From: the human T2T-CHM13v2.0 reference genome, Homo sapiens
Assembly (NCBI RefSeq): GCF_009914755.1
Contig: NC_060926.1
Direction: 5' to 3' (one strand)
DNA length: 64,000 nucleotides
This document shows positions 60,681 through 64,000 of the stretch, piece after piece. Within the stretch, counting starts at the first letter, position 1; each line of letters opens with the position of its first letter. The notes below the pieces were generated by a model. That model did not search any database, was not told where the DNA came from, and saw only the letters and a list, made by a program, of their open reading frames with translations. The position numbers and the translations under genes were made by a program.

Positions 60681-61154
60681 CTAAAATAACAAAGAAATAA
60701 CTCCACTCAAGAACTTTAATAAAGACTTTTTTAAAAAGCTAGTTTGATACACTTTACCAATTTAATATCCGCCTGTCAGTGTAGATGTAATAACCATTTG
60801 CATGTACTAGCTTGGGTCTATAAGCATCTAGGGTGCTCAAGTGTTCATCTTTGTAAATTGTCACCAAGGCTAAAAGAAAGGGACAACAGGGAAGCCTCTT
60901 GTCCCACTGGGGTAAGACATAATACAAGTTGCTAACTTATAGTCCTTCGATGGCCAAGAAACTGTGCTGAGGTCACTTATCTAAAGTAGGCAAAGACTTA
61001 GATGAAGATTTCCCCATTGCTTTCCTAGTCAAATCAGCTAGGGGTCAGATAAGAGTTATCTGCAGGCTGAAAACAACAACAACAACAATAATAATAATGA
61101 CAATGCTAGTAGTCATAAACTAAAAGTCCACACTTTAAAAATGAATAAAACTTG

Positions 61155-61473
<319 letters not shown>

Positions 61474-61726
61474 CTAATAAAAGATTACAGTACCAAAAAC
61501 ATCTGATTATAAATACCAAACACTGTATATTATAAGAGAAGATGAATCCTACTATGTACTATTCTTTATGTTACTCAGTCCAAATATTTGCTGGTCTATC
61601 TGATTATTCATGGTGATATTTTTCATTATATGCCAATAATTATGTTAATCTTCTTATTAATATTTCTGACTTGAGTGACCACTCTAGAATACTCAGGTTT
61701 TATTTTTAAAAAAAGAACTACTGTAC

Positions 61727-61833
61727 CGTCTCAGCCTATCAACGGCATGTGTACTTGCTTTCTTTTTCAATAAAAATTCCACCATTTTCTCTTTCTTGCA
61801 AATTATAGCGAATAAAAGTGGGGTATTACTGTC
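61727..61833 (-). CDS. ANKRD20A: Exon (107 nt), ankyrin repeat: DSNTPLLFAIICKKEKMVEFLLKKKASTHAVDRLR
   Basis: tttgtag|GAC...ACG|gtacag; TPL-type ankyrin motif; phase 0 to 2. Confidence 0.93.
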
Positions 61834-64000
61834 CTACAAAACAGCAGAAAAAAATTAATAATTCACAAAATTACATATTTCTCAACTGAACTGAAAGTCT
61901 TCTCTAGGATGCTTTGAACTTCAACATACAATATAGAAAGGAAGTAAATGAAAAGCAGTCCCTTCCTTCTCACTCCTCTGTGCTTTCTGATGTGCTGCGC
62001 TCTGCCTTGCAAACAACCCTCCTCTGTCTCCCCGGATTAACTGTGGTGATTGCCAAAACTCACTTTAAACATTTACCAGTCCCAAGAATCCTTGCTTTGA
62101 TCACAGCACTTAGCATGGTACATTGTAGTCATTTCACTGTTTCCCACTGAAACCAAGAGCTTCTTGAGGCAAGGGCCTAAAACCCTAAGACACAGTAGCA
62201 AATATTTTAAGTTTTTTACATAAATTAATGATCTAAATTACTATCTCTAAAGCAGTGTTTCTTAAACTATATTCCAAAGAATATTTGCTTTATCAGAAGT
62301 ATTATACCCCAAGAGAAAGACTCCATGACCATCTGTATTTGAGAAGTATTACAAAACTGTATTTTATGTCCAATAATCAAGAAATCTCTTTAATTTTACC
62401 TAATCCCCCTTTGACAATACTATTTGTGGCAAACATTAACATTTGAGGAATTAAGAGTTTCAGAGATACAGTTGCCAGAGCTTCCCAATACAGGTGGCGG
62501 TTTCCTCTGGGTGGTACAAACTTGCTTGATTCACTTCTATCAATGGTGTCAGGATCCCAGATGCCAATGTCAGGCACTCCTGCTCCAAATGGGTCACCAT
62601 GGAAATGAGCTTTGAATTAAGAGAGATTGCCTTCAAATGCATTTATTTTCCTTATTATTAAGTAGTCCATGGGTTTTTCCCCTAATACAAGAGAAGAGAT
62701 TTTTATCTTTACTGTTAGAAAGCTCAGTATATTCTGTGTAAGAGAGATAGGTTTAAAAAACTTAAGAACAAATATTTTAAAAACCAAAACTCAGTAAGAA
62801 ATACTATTCTCAATTATAATGGTAATCCCGGGACCCTAGTGCAGCTCTACTTTTTAAATCCATTTTTACTGGCTTCCACTTAAATGGCTACTTAAAATTA
62901 TTTTTTATTTTAGACAAAATATAAATTGGAAATAAAAACATAATGGCTTATCAATAAAAGTTCTCATACTGATCCATATGGATTATTTCTGGCATTATAC
63001 AAGCCAATAAGTCACTTGCATCTTTAAGGAAGAGCACTGAGGAGAAAGATGTACTGTCTGCAATATTCGTAAATTATCCAACTATAACCAGGAATAACCT
63101 AAAAAGGCTTCTAGGCATTCTTATGGGCAGAGAATTATTTGTGGTATATATAAAGAAAAGAGTTAAAAAATTCTAAACTCTAAAATTCAACTCCATAACT
63201 GAGGGATTTATATACTCTATAGACTATATATTATAAACAAATACATGCTGACTTAAAAACCTTGAAATTTTTATCAAAATATACTATAACATAGGAGTTG
63301 TAAACTCAGATACTTACAAGGACAAAGGAAGGTTGCCTGAGTAAGGGAAGTACTAAGGTGGGCACAGTAGCAAACTGGAGAATACCTGCCTTCTATAAAG
63401 GGGCAACTTCTGCACAGCAGACCAAAGAATGATAGAAACTCAGGGGACACCAGATTTGATTTTTTAGGATAAGCCTGAAGTCCACATTTCTTCACGAGTC
63501 TTCTAAATTTTACATGTTGATTCAACTTATAGAGGAAAACAAACAAATCTGTGTACCACATTAGAATATGGCCCTTGTGTTTTTATATTCGCCATTAATG
63601 TGTTACTAAATGGTTGTGTATAATCCAAGTATTTGCATGTAAAATATTTTCTTTCTCTGGTATCATATGTTCTACCAAAAAATCAGGCTCTCATATGTAA
63701 TAAAAATTGCTAAAACGACTCACAATACCTGCTTCAAGAATTTTTCCAACATGTATTCATTTAAAATATGTTTGTATATAATTTTCCCAGATTGTTAACC
63801 AAATAGATAATTGGTTCACAAGACTGCTAAAACTAAATTATTAAAAGAATTCCTATCTATATTCTTAGTAACTTCATGGATTTCAGTGTTTAAAACTGAC
63901 ATTTTGGGTATGCTAAAGTTCTATAAACTTAAACATACTGAGATAGTTCATAATAAAACTTCAACTAAAAAAAAAAGTTTAGGATTTGCTACTATTCTAA

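Overview
Primate (probably human or great-ape) genomic DNA. It is AT-rich, Alu/L1-dense and mostly the 3' part of a minus-strand ANKRD20A-family gene (ANKRD26/ANKRD18/POTE/CCDC144 superfamily). The exact paralog cannot be assigned, and the 5' exons lie beyond position 64000. By hand I spliced 12 GT-AG exons (61833 to 27559) into one uninterrupted 659-codon frame ending ...KYFQTSRKKI*. Downstream lie eight more ANKRD18/ANKRD26-type coiled-coil exons (26068 to about 3609). The only lesion I found in them is an apparent 2-bp deletion (TGA at 11425-11427) in an exon that can be skipped in frame. Introns hold a decayed CCDC144-like giant exon, a full-length U6 retrocopy, solo LTRs, Tigger-type MITEs and about 25 Alu elements. 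The first 2.9 kb is a GC-richer block with a 15-bp minisatellite and candidate non-coding exons. I found no evidence of a wholly new biological system; the best leads concern isoform architecture and transposon effects on this gene. Family assignments come from recalled sequences, not searches, and repeat boundaries are approximate.
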